From Halomicronema hongdechloris C2206 (GTDB taxonomy: Bacteria > Cyanobacteriota > Cyanobacteriia > Phormidesmidales > Phormidesmidaceae), in contig NZ_CP021983.2 in assembly GCF_002075285.3 (NCBI RefSeq), positions 5,340,001 to 5,372,000 of the forward strand: 32,000 nucleotides of DNA. The letters are read 5' to 3'. Under the pieces are notes generated by a model that made no database searches, was not told where the DNA came from, and saw nothing but the letters and a program-made list of their open reading frames with translations. This document shows positions 6,799 through 16,704 of this stretch, one piece after another (within the stretch, counting starts at the first letter, position 1; every line of letters begins with the position of its first letter). The position numbers and the translations under genes were made by a program.

Positions 6799-9700
6799 AT
6801 GGGTTGTCCTGACAAGTTTCTTGGTCTAGTCGCCGCTACCGTGTTAGTGGCTCCGGCGCTGCAACTGCCTGGATGGGCCAACGACTCAAAAACGTTCCAG
6901 GAGTTGCCAGTTGCCCAGGTAGCAGAGCCCACCGCGCTGTTGCAAGTAGATGGAGTCCTTGAGCAGGGCGATACCACCCTGAGTAGTGGACACCTGGTGG
7001 ACTATCATTCCCTGGAGGGTCAGGCTGGGCAGGCGATCACCATCCGCCTCAGCAGTGACGACTTCGATCCCTTCCTAGGAGTATTGACCGCTGAGGGGGA
7101 GGTGTTGGGGGTCCATGACAATCTCAGTGTCTCGGATACCAACGCTAGCCTGACGATGATCCTACCCGCGGACGGCGCCTACAGCCTCGGGGTGACGTCA
7201 AGCCCTGAGGCCAGCAATGGCCAGGGACGCTATCGACTCATCGTAGTCACGGCCAGTGCTGCCGAGGTTCGCAGAGCCGAGGCTGAGCAATTGTTGCAGC
7301 AAGGTATTCAGCACTATCGTGCCGGTCAGTTCCAAGCGGCCGCCGATGTCTGGGAAACTGCTCTGGAGCACTATCAAGACCTGGGTGATCGGTCTCAAGC
7401 AGTAGTGCTTCTGATCAACCTGGGAGACGTCTACACCTCCCTAGGACAGTATCCGGCGGCGGTAGCCCGCCTGGAGCAGGCCCTGGAGATTGCCCAGTCC
7501 AGGCAGGATCCCCAGCAGGAGTCTGATGCCCTCAATGCCCTGGGATGGACCTATGTGCTGATGAATCAGTATCGGTTGTCCATCACCTACTCGGAGCAGG
7601 CGCTGGCCCTCCACCGACAGATCGGAGATCTCTGGGGGGAAGCCAGGGCCTTGAATCATCTGGGATTGGCCTACTACGCCTTGAACGACTATCGCCAGGC
7701 CATTACTTACTACGAGCAAGCCCTACCGGGATTCCACCAGGTGGGAGATCGTCGGGGCGAGGCCAATGCCCTGATGAATCTGGGCAGTGCGCACTGGTCC
7801 CTGAGCGATTACCGTCAGGCCATCGCCTACAGTGAACAGGCCTTACCAATCTTTCAATCCCTTGAAGATATAGAAGGGGAAGCCAAGGCCCTGACGAATC
7901 TGGGCAATACCTATCTATCTCTGAGTGACTACCGCCAGGCCATTACCTACTACGAGCAGGCGCTGCCTCTGTTTCAACAGATTGAAAGCCCCCTAGGGCA
8001 AGCCAATGTGCTAATGAATCTAGGGTTGGCTAACAATTATCTCAGCGACTATCGTCAGGCCATTGGCTACTACGAGCAGGCATTGCCTATCTTTCAGGCC
8101 ATCGGCGATCGCTTGGGCGCAGCCAATGTGCTGATGAATGTGGGCAACGCCTATTTCTTCCTCAGTGACTACCGCCAGGCCATTACCTACTACGAGGAAG
8201 CTTTGCCGGTCTTTCGAAGCATCGAAAACCGGCAGGGCGAAGCCAATGCCCTGATGAATCTGGGCAATGCCCACAACTTTCTCAGTGAGTATCAGCAGGC
8301 CATTGTCTATTACAAGCAAGCGCTTCCCGTATTTCGGACCATTGAAGACCGCTTGGGGCAGGCCAATGTGCTGACGAATCTGGGCAATGCCTATCTCTCC
8401 TTGAGTGACTATCATCAGGCGACGGTCTCCTACGAACAGGCGCTGCCGCTGTTTCAGGCCATTGAAAACCGCTTAGGCGAAGCCAATGCCCTGATGAATC
8501 TGGGGCTAACCAATACATTTCTCAGTCTCTATCAAGAGGCGATTACCTATTACCAGCAGGCCCTAAAGCTATTTCAGCAAATTGAGGATCGTCAGGGGAA
8601 AGCCAATGCCCTCAGTAACCTGGGCCTGACCTACTGGTCCATCGGTGACCCCGGAGAAGCCATTGCCTACTACGAGCGATCTCTGCCGCTGTTTCAGGCC
8701 ATTGAAAACCGGTCAGGGGAGGCCAACACCCTGATGAACCTGGGTCTGGGATACTTCTCCTTGGGGGATTATCAAACGGCTGCAACATACTACGAGCAAG
8801 CCCTCCCCCTGTTTCAAACCATTGAAGATCGAGCCGGAGAGGGCCGTCTGCTCAGTAATCTTGGTAGATTGTTTGCCATCCAAGGGCAGTCAGACCTGGC
8901 CATCATTTTCTACAAAGCCTCGGTTAATGTGCGGGAGTCAATCCGCAGTGGTTTGACTGGCTTATCCCAATCGCTCCAGGAAACCTACACCGAGTCTGTC
9001 GCCAACGACTACCGTGCCCTAGCCGATCTACTCCTGGAACAGGGCCGGATTCCAGAGGCTCAGCAGGTGCTAGACCTATTGCAACTAGAAGAATTACGAG
9101 AGTTCACCGAGACAACCCGAGCCACCTGGAGCGGCGGCGATCTGCAATACACCGAGCGAGAGCAGCCGGTCATCGATACCCACGGTAGCCTCATCACCCT
9201 GGGACGACAGATCTATGAGTGTCGCCAGACTCGCTGTGGTGATTTAACGGATCTACGCCAACAACAGCGGGCCTTGACAGAGCAGTACGAGGCCCAAGTG
9301 GCGGCGTTTGAAACGGCCATCGATGAGAATAGGCAGGATGACGATCTGTTTCAAAATCCCGGTGACCTCAGCGACGACGCCTATAAGCTGCTGCAAGCCA
9401 ATCCCGATGCCGTGTTGATCTATCCCTTTGTCACCGAAGATAAGCTCTGGCTGCTATGGGCTGCTGCCGGGGGCACGGTAGGCAGTGTCGAGGTACCAGT
9501 GTCCCAGGGGGAGCTAGCCACGGCGATCCAGCAATTTGGTGACCAGCTCAACACTCAGGCCCCCTTATCGGAACTACAGGCCAGTAGCCAACGCCTCTAC
9601 GAATGGTTGATTCAACCCTTGGCAGCCGAGTTACAGGCCAACGGTATCCGGCAACTCATTTTCGTCAATGATCGGGTGACTCGCTATGTTCCCATGGCCG

Positions 9701-10506
9701 CCCTTTATGACGGCAGCCAGTATTTGCTGGAGCGCTATACCGTTTCAACGGTCATCGCCCCCAAGATTACGGACACGGCAGCAACGTTGACCGAGGTTGA
9801 CGACTCCGAAGTATTGGGATTAGGCCTGACTCAAGCGGTGTCAGGGTTTGCAGCGCTGCCAGCGGTTGAGCAGGAACTGGATGCCATCGTTCTCAGTGAT
9901 GACAGCGATCGCACCGGTATCTATCCTGGCCAGGTGCTGTTAGATGATGCCTTTACCTTGGAGGCGATGCAGGCCAACATCGAATTTCGTCGGATCCTGC
10001 ATATTGCCACCCATGCTGAATTTGCTCCCAGTCGCCCGGAGGACTCCTTCATCGTGTTGGGCAATGGCGAGCGCATGAGTATCAAGGACATCGAAGTCAT
10101 GCAGGAGAGTCTGCGCGATCTACACCTGGTAGTGCTCTCTGCCTGCAAAACCGCCCTGGGAGGCACCGCCGGAGATGGGACCGAAATTGCCGGTATCAGT
10201 TCTTACTTCTTGGCGGCTAATCGGGCCGAGACCGTGATCGCCTCCCTCTGGTCTGTGAATGATGACAGCACTAGCCTGCTGATGCAGCGGTTCTATGAAC
10301 TGCTGGCCTCTGGAGAACTAACTAAAGCCGAAGCCCTGCGTCAGGCGCAACTCAGCCTGCTCTATGACGACGATACTGAAGCTCGCCTGGCGGCGGCGCG
10401 GGCAGGCATTGTGGTAGAGGCTCGCGATGGTAGCCAGTTGCCGGGCACCAGGCTGCAGCATCCCTATCACTGGGCACCGTTTATCCTCATCGGCAATGGC
10501 TTGTGA
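6799..10506 (+). CDS. Secreted multidomain protein: signal peptide, pre-peptidase C-terminal (PPC)-like domain, ~13 TPR units and a C-terminal CHAT (caspase-like) domain
   Basis: N-terminal hydrophobic leader. PPC-like segment (GQAGQAITIRLSSDDFDPFLGVL...GRYRLIV). 40-aa repeats of the form NLGxAYxxLSDYRQAIxYYEQALPxFQ. CHAT His/Cys dyad contexts RILHIATHAEF and LVVLSACKTALG. Confidence 0.9.
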   Translation: MGCPDKFLGLVAATVLVAPALQLPGWANDSKTFQELPVAQVAEPTALLQVDGVLEQGDTTLSSGHLVDYHSLEGQAGQAITIRLSSDDFDPFLGVLTAEGEVLGVHDNLSVSDTNASLTMILPADGAYSLGVTSSPEASNGQGRYRLIVVTASAAEVRRAEAEQLLQQGIQHYRAGQFQAAADVWETALEHYQDLGDRSQAVVLLINLGDVYTSLGQYPAAVARLEQALEIAQSRQDPQQESDALNALGWTYVLMNQYRLSITYSEQALALHRQIGDLWGEARALNHLGLAYYALNDYRQAITYYEQALPGFHQVGDRRGEANALMNLGSAHWSLSDYRQAIAYSEQALPIFQSLEDIEGEAKALTNLGNTYLSLSDYRQAITYYEQALPLFQQIESPLGQANVLMNLGLANNYLSDYRQAIGYYEQALPIFQAIGDRLGAANVLMNVGNAYFFLSDYRQAITYYEEALPVFRSIENRQGEANALMNLGNAHNFLSEYQQAIVYYKQALPVFRTIEDRLGQANVLTNLGNAYLSLSDYHQATVSYEQALPLFQAIENRLGEANALMNLGLTNTFLSLYQEAITYYQQALKLFQQIEDRQGKANALSNLGLTYWSIGDPGEAIAYYERSLPLFQAIENRSGEANTLMNLGLGYFSLGDYQTAATYYEQALPLFQTIEDRAGEGRLLSNLGRLFAIQGQSDLAIIFYKASVNVRESIRSGLTGLSQSLQETYTESVANDYRALADLLLEQGRIPEAQQVLDLLQLEELREFTETTRATWSGGDLQYTEREQPVIDTHGSLITLGRQIYECRQTRCGDLTDLRQQQRALTEQYEAQVAAFETAIDENRQDDDLFQNPGDLSDDAYKLLQANPDAVLIYPFVTEDKLWLLWAAAGGTVGSVEVPVSQGELATAIQQFGDQLNTQAPLSELQASSQRLYEWLIQPLAAELQANGIRQLIFVNDRVTRYVPMAALYDGSQYLLERYTVSTVIAPKITDTAATLTEVDDSEVLGLGLTQAVSGFAALPAVEQELDAIVLSDDSDRTGIYPGQVLLDDAFTLEAMQANIEFRRILHIATHAEFAPSRPEDSFIVLGNGERMSIKDIEVMQESLRDLHLVVLSACKTALGGTAGDGTEIAGISSYFLAANRAETVIASLWSVNDDSTSLLMQRFYELLASGELTKAEALRQAQLSLLYDDDTEARLAAARAGIVVEARDGSQLPGTRLQHPYHWAPFILIGNGL
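7390..8950 (+). repeat. About 13 tandem 120-bp (40-aa) TPR-coding units inside the CHAT gene
   Basis: 120-bp periodicity, with long near-identical DNA strings between units (for example GACTACCGCCAGGCCATTACCTACTACGAGCAGGC near 7927 and 8168). Confidence 0.85.
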
Positions 10507-10552
10507 TTGACTCAACCGCAGGAGATCTCTACATGCCAGGGCATCCCTGGGC

Positions 10553-11417
10553 TCACTGGGGGTCGGTATGCAGCGACAACGACAGTTGGTAGATTTCCTG
10601 CTTAGGCAGACCCGTGGTTTTTGCCAGTTGGCGGCTGGCGTCGGAGCGGGAAACCCCGGCTTGCAATAACTGGGCCAGTTCCTGCTTCAGGGCATCGGCA
10701 GAAACTGCAGGCGGCGATGCCGGGGTGCCGGCGATGACTAGAGTGAACTCGCCCTTGGCAGGATCCTGCTGATAATGCTGGTGGGCTTGGCCCAGGGTGC
10801 CGCGCCAGCATTCCTCAAACCGCTTGGTCAATTCTCGGGCCAGGGCGACAGGACGATCGTCCCCCAGCACCTGAGCCAAATCGGCCAGGGTGACCAGCAA
10901 CTTATGGGGGGCTTCGTAGAGGATGATGGTGCGGGGTTCCCGTTGCAGGGCGATCAGGCGTTGGCGGCGGCGAGGACCCTTGAGGGGCAGAAACCCCTCG
11001 AAGATGAACTGATCGGTGGGCAGGCCGCCAGAGATGCAGAGGGCGGTGATGGCAGCGGTGGGGCCAGGAATGGGGACCACGGGAATGGTGGCCTGCAAAC
11101 AGGCCTGGATCAACCCATGGCCGGGGTCGGAGATCCCAGGCATGCCGGCGTCGCTGACCAGGGCCACGGATTTTCCCTGCGCTAATCGGGCCAGCAGCTC
11201 CTCGAGGCGAGCCTGGCGGTTATGCTCGTGGTAGCTGATCTGGGGAGTATCGATGGCAAAATGCTGCAGGAGTTTGCCAGTGTGGCGGGTGTCTTCGGCG
11301 GCAATCAGATCGACGTCCTGTAATATCCGCACGGCCCGGAAGGTCATGTCTTCTTAGGTTGCCGAGGGGGGTGCCGACGAGGTAAAGGTGGCCGGGACGA
11401 GGGTCGGTGGCGGTCAT
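10553..11417 (-). pseudogene. rsmI: 16S rRNA 2'-O-ribose C1402 methyltransferase RsmI, interrupted by a single-base frameshift (or an assembly indel)
   Basis: MTATDPRPGHLYLVGTPLGNL (11417 to 11355) is in one frame. EDMTFRAVRILQDVDLIAAEDTRHTGKLLQHF..., a strong match to RsmI, continues from 11353 in another frame. One extra base lies at about 11354, and a TAA blocks the long frame just upstream. Confidence 0.8.
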
Positions 11418-11492
11418 GGCAGGGTGGACTTCCCTAGCTGCAAAAACGCTGTATCTACGTCTTAAGCCTATCGGACGGTCGAGGAGGAATGG

Positions 11493-12349
11493 GTGGCACG
11501 GGGATTATTTGTGGGGCTGATGACGCTGGATTGCCTCTATCGCGTCGATCATGTCCCGGCGGCCAATGAAAAGCTGGTGGCCCAGGATTGTCTGTTGCTG
11601 GCCGGGGGGCCGGCTACCAATGCGGCGGTGACCTTTGCCCATCTGGGCCATCAGGCCACGGTGATGGGGGCCTTGGGGCAACACCCGCTGACGCAGCTGA
11701 TTCGGGCGGAGCTGAGCCAGCATGGAGTTGCGATCGCACCTCTCCTGAGCGATACCCCCGAGCCCCCGCCCCTATCCACCAGCCTGATCACCCTGGCCAC
11801 CGGCGAGCGGGCCGTGGTCTCCCGCAATGCTGTGGGTCGGCAGCGACACCGGCACCGGAGCTGGCGGCTGCCCTAGATGACGTGGATATCGTGTTAATCG
11901 ATGGCCATCAGATGGCCGTCGGCCAGACCCTGGCTGAGGCGGCTCGGCAGCGGGGACTGCCCGTGGTCATCGACGCCGGCAGTTGGAAACCTGGCTTTGA
12001 GACCCTGTTGCCCCTGGCGACCCACGTGATCTGCTCGGCTAATTTTTACCCGCCAGGGTGTAGCAGCCCGGACGCCGCCTTGAGCTACCTCCAGCATCTG
12101 GGAATTCCCCAGGTGGCCATGACCCGGGGAGCCGAGCCGATTCTCTACAATCGGCAGCAGTCCTGGCAGGCCTTGCCAGTGCCCCAGGGCCCCGTCGTAG
12201 ACACCTTGGGGGCTGGCGACATCTTTCACGGTGCCTTCTGCCACTACGGCCTCAGCCAGCCCTGGCCCCAGGCCCTGACTCTGGCCGCCCAGGTAGCCAG
12301 TCATGCCTGCCGCTATGTCGGCCCCCGGCCTGGATGCAGCACCCCTTGA
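11493..12349 (+). pseudogene. PfkB-family carbohydrate kinase, split by a single-base frameshift (or an assembly indel)
   Basis: The N-terminal part GLFVGLMTLDCLYRVDHVPAANEK...GERAVVSRNAVG is in the frame of GTG 11493 (Shine-Dalgarno GAGGAGG). The C-terminal part SAATPAPELAAALDDVDIVLIDGH...DTLGAGDIFHGAF (PfkB signature) is in another frame. The break is at about 11835-11837. Confidence 0.75.
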
Positions 12350-12437
12350 AGATTGAATAAATTGGCCCCAGGAACCTCTGAACCGCTAGGGCCAGTCGGT
12401 AGACTGAAGCAGATCTCTAGTTTTCTGACACCGAGCC

Positions 12438-13406
12438 ATGGCATACGAGCGCGAACGACAACTGGCAATCGAGGCGGCCACCGCCGCCGCTGCTCTCTGT
12501 GAGGCGGTGCGGCGGGACATGGTGCCCCACGCCATCGAGAAAAATGACAAGAGTCCGGTGACCGTGGCCGACTTTGGCTCCCAGGCCGTCATCTGTCGTG
12601 CCCTGGCCGAGGCCTTCCCCACCGATCCAGTGGTGGGCGAAGAAGATGCTAGCGACCTGCGGCAACCGGCCATGGCCACTCCCCTGGCCCAGGTCACCCA
12701 GCAGGTGCAGCAGGTGGTGCCAGCCACTAGCTCCGAGCAGGTGCTCGACTGGATCGACCACGGCAATGGCACGGTGGGACAGCGCTACTGGACCCTGGAC
12801 CCCATCGATGGCACCAAGGGATTCTTGCGGGGAGACCAATATGCGATCGCATTGGCCCTGGTCGAAGCCGGCGACATCAAGGTCGGTGTCTTAGCCTGTC
12901 CGGCCCTCAGCTTCGACGGCGGCACCCCCGGCTTACTCTTTACCGCCGTGCGAGGGGAAGGAACCACCCTGATGCCCTTGCCCCAAGGACCGACCCAGCC
13001 CCTGCGGGTGAGTCAAGCAGCCGACAGGCTGCGGTTTGTCGAGAGTGTAGAAGCCAGCCACGGTAATCAAGCCCAGCAAGCCGCCGTCGCCCAAGCGGTG
13101 GGCATCACCGCCGACTCGGTACGGATGGACAGTCAAGCCAAATATGGCGCCGTCGCTGCCGGCCACGCCGCCCTCTACCTGCGCTTACCCTCCCCCAAAT
13201 CCCCAGACTACCGGGAAAAAATCTGGGACCATGCCGCCGGAGTGCTGGTGGTAGAAGAAGCCGGTGGCCGCGTCACCGACATGTTTGGTCGTCCCCTCGA
13301 CTTCAGCCAAGGAGACCGGTTAGTGAATAACCAAGGCGTCGTCGTCAGCAATGGCACCATTCACGAGACAGTGCTGGCCGCCCTGAAGCAGGCAGTGACC
13401 GCTTGA
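12438..13406 (+). CDS. 3'(2'),5'-bisphosphate nucleotidase, inositol monophosphatase superfamily (HAL2/CysQ-like)
   Basis: IMPase-family motifs WTLDPIDGTKGF and WDHAAGVLVVEEAGG. The 322-aa length and the EKNDKSPVTVADFGSQ block are typical of HAL2-type PAP phosphatases. Confidence 0.85.
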   Translation: MAYERERQLAIEAATAAAALCEAVRRDMVPHAIEKNDKSPVTVADFGSQAVICRALAEAFPTDPVVGEEDASDLRQPAMATPLAQVTQQVQQVVPATSSEQVLDWIDHGNGTVGQRYWTLDPIDGTKGFLRGDQYAIALALVEAGDIKVGVLACPALSFDGGTPGLLFTAVRGEGTTLMPLPQGPTQPLRVSQAADRLRFVESVEASHGNQAQQAAVAQAVGITADSVRMDSQAKYGAVAAGHAALYLRLPSPKSPDYREKIWDHAAGVLVVEEAGGRVTDMFGRPLDFSQGDRLVNNQGVVVSNGTIHETVLAALKQAVTA

Positions 13407-13560
13407 GGAGAGCGAAGGACGGGGAAAGAGTGGATGGGTGATGGGGAAAAGGGAAAACGGAGGACGGAGGGCGGAGGACGGAAAAGAGGGCGGAGGAGGG
13501 GAAGGGGAAGTGACGAGTGACGAGTGACGAGTGGATGGGTGGATGGGTGGATGGGACAGG
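13407..13560 (+). repeat. ~150-nt polypurine (G/A-rich) tract ending in GTGACGA x3 (13510-13530) and GTGGATGG x3 (13531-13554)
   Basis: Read directly. It has multiple GGG/GGGG runs, and the heptamer is the reverse complement of the repeat family at 2445-2493. Confidence 0.9.
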
Positions 13561-13577
13561 GTAGGGGCGCGGTTGCC

Positions 13578-13880
13578 GCACCCAATGTAGAAAACCGGCT
13601 ACCCTGCCGATGCGACGCGATCTTGAACGACCAACCGACAGGCCCTTCCGCAGGGTCCAGGGCAGTGATTCGACTACGTTGCTCCTGCGGAGCCGCTTTG
13701 CGAACATCACAGGCGGCTCGCCCTGGTCGTCGGAGTCCGAGGGAAGCGAAATTCCCTCGGGTGAGACCCCCGAGCTACACGATTAAGTGCGGTCTTATCG
13801 AGGTCTATCACGCTTCGCCGATGCGACGCGATCCACACCGGCTGATCGACCATCCCACGAGGGCTTGGATCGCCCCTCTC
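13578..13880 (+). repeat. Copy B of the non-coding element (candidate structured RNA), immediately upstream of the thiC TPP riboswitch
   Basis: See copy A (5300-5555). Helix CCAGGGC (13657-13663)/GCCCTGG (13720-13726) encloses 56 nt here but only 9 nt in copy A. CCGATGCGACGCGATC occurs twice within B (13607 and 13817). Confidence 0.75.
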
Positions 13881-13923
13881 TCTATAGCTCAGTTGGGCCA
13901 GAGGTGCTATGCTGACAGACAAG

Positions 13924-13997
13924 CTAGGGGTGTCCGAATTCTCGGGCTGAGATCATACCCTGAGAACCTGACCTGGGTCATACCAGCGGAGGGAAGC
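13924..13997 (+). promoter_or_regulatory. TPP (THI-box) riboswitch aptamer
   Basis: CTAGGGGTGTCC...GGGCTGAGATCATACCCTGAGAACCTGACCTGGGTCATACCAGCGGAGGGAAGC matches the conserved GGGGUGC / CUGAGA / ACCUGAUCUGGAUAAUACCAGCG / GGGAA core. It is on the same strand as thiC and upstream of it. Confidence 0.85.
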
Positions 13998-14219
13998 GTT
14001 GATTGAGGTTCTACAACCGAAGCGACGGGGGATCGTGTCTCTACAGGGGGCAGCGGCTACGGCCCATCAAGGTTGGTCTTGGCCGTCCCTGGCTGTGATG
14101 ACTAGGCTGGGCAGCTTGGCCTAGGCGATAGGTGCCTTGCGGCCACATTGACCCCATCCCAGAAACCTGTCTGGATCTCTATATCCGCCTCTAGCCTGCT
14201 CAATTCGAGGAGGAGGGGT

Positions 14220-14339
14220 ATGTCTATTGGCGCTGTGGCGTTGCTGGTGACGCTGGTGGCCGCCGCCGTCTTTGCCTTATTGGGGTTGGTGCATGCTGGA
14301 CGGAGGATATCCCCATTCCCTGAGTTGCCAGCCGGCTAG
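14220..14339 (+). CDS. Possible 39-aa single-pass membrane peptide between the TPP riboswitch and thiC
   Basis: A strong Shine-Dalgarno sequence (GAGGAGGAGGGG) lies directly 5' of the ATG at 14220. Sequence MSIGAVALLVTLVAAAVFALLGLVHAGRRISPFPELPAG. No known family. Confidence 0.35.
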   Translation: MSIGAVALLVTLVAAAVFALLGLVHAGRRISPFPELPAG

Positions 14340-15806
<1,467 letters not shown>

Positions 15807-15826
15807 GGAAGCGGGCCCTGATGTCC

Positions 15827-15857
15827 GGCGCAGTGGCTCTACCGGGGTCACTGCGCC
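15827..15857 (+). terminator. Stem-loop downstream of thiC (candidate terminator)
   Basis: GGCGCAGTG (15827-15835) pairs with CACTGCGCC (15849-15857). Only a weak T-rich tail follows (GATTGTTT). Confidence 0.4.
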
Positions 15858-15908
15858 AGCACTGATTGTTTACGCGTTGCCAACGCCCGATGTCTATGGC
15901 CCCCATGA

Positions 15909-16629
15909 ACAGGGCGGCGTCCCCGACGAAACTCTATTAGCGAAAGGCAGAAGGCGGATATTCGCCGCCATGCCCGAGCCTGGATTCAGGCCCACCATGA
16001 GCAGGTGGCCGAGTGGATTGCCCAGGCCCAGGCCACGGCAGAGATCCCTGAGGTGGCTCCCGAGCTCCAGGGGGAAGCCGCCGCCGCGGGCAACGACCTG
16101 CCCGCCACACCGCTGCGGGTGGTGACCCAGCGGTTTGAACCCTTCGTCATCTACGAAAATCAGGCCTATTCCGGGTTCAGTGCTGAGCGTGGACTCCAGT
16201 TACCGGCCGATGGGAATCCCTACACGACCACTGACATGCTCACCTGGATCAGTGATTTAGCCGAGGGCCTAGACCAGGTCGAGACCGCCATCACTGCCCG
16301 CAGAAGAACTGGTGGCCGATGCGATCGCAACGGTCACCAATCTCCACTCGTATTACGATGGCTTGATCCATAGAGTCATGGCAGCTGCCTTACCGACTCA
16401 CCCCGATTGGGCGCTGGAGAACGCCCGTCGCCGGGCCGAGTCGATCATGGATGTTGGCAAAGCCAAATATTATCACCATGCCGTCGACTGGCTCAAACGG
16501 GTGAAAGCGGCCTATGAGGCGCTCAATCAGCCTACCGAATGGTCGTCCTACTATCATCAACTCCGCATCACCCACGGCCGCAAACGCAAGTTAATGGGCT
16601 TGATGGCAGCCGCCTTAGCAGACAATTGA
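15909..16629 (+). pseudogene. Remnant of a conserved hypothetical gene with a frame break and no convincing start
   Basis: Frame A is open from 15909 to 16373 (...KADIRRHARAWIQAHHEQVAEWIAQ...DLAEGLDQVETAI). Frame B is open from 16273 to 16629 (LPAEELVADAIATVTNLHSYYDG...AKYYHHAVDWLKRVKAAYEAL...THGRKRKLMGLM). The junction at about 16290 looks like a 1-nt shift. Confidence 0.45.
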
Positions 16630-16704
16630 TGCTAGTCATTATCGATTTGGCCAGCGACAAAAGGATAGAGAAACTTGGCTAATGGGACATCAAGGTTTCA
16701 ACTC

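Noticed and set aside
6799-10506. TPR-CHAT protein as a Craspase-like (type III-E CRISPR) effector
   Set aside because: There are no CRISPR array or cas genes in the window. The protein has an export signal and a PPC domain, suggesting an extracytoplasmic protein typical of the many cyanobacterial CHAT paralogues.
13345-13710. 121-aa minus-strand ORF across the polypurine tract
   Set aside because: It is a translation of low-complexity pyrimidine-rich repeats (PSS/HPS runs). It overlaps the nucleotidase 3' end and the repeat arrays.
13883-13925. tRNA-like string TATAGCTCAGTTGGGCCAGAGG (D-arm-like) just before the riboswitch
   Set aside because: There is no acceptor stem, anticodon arm or T-arm (GGTTCGAAT-type) downstream. 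At most it is a tRNA-derived fragment or a chance match.
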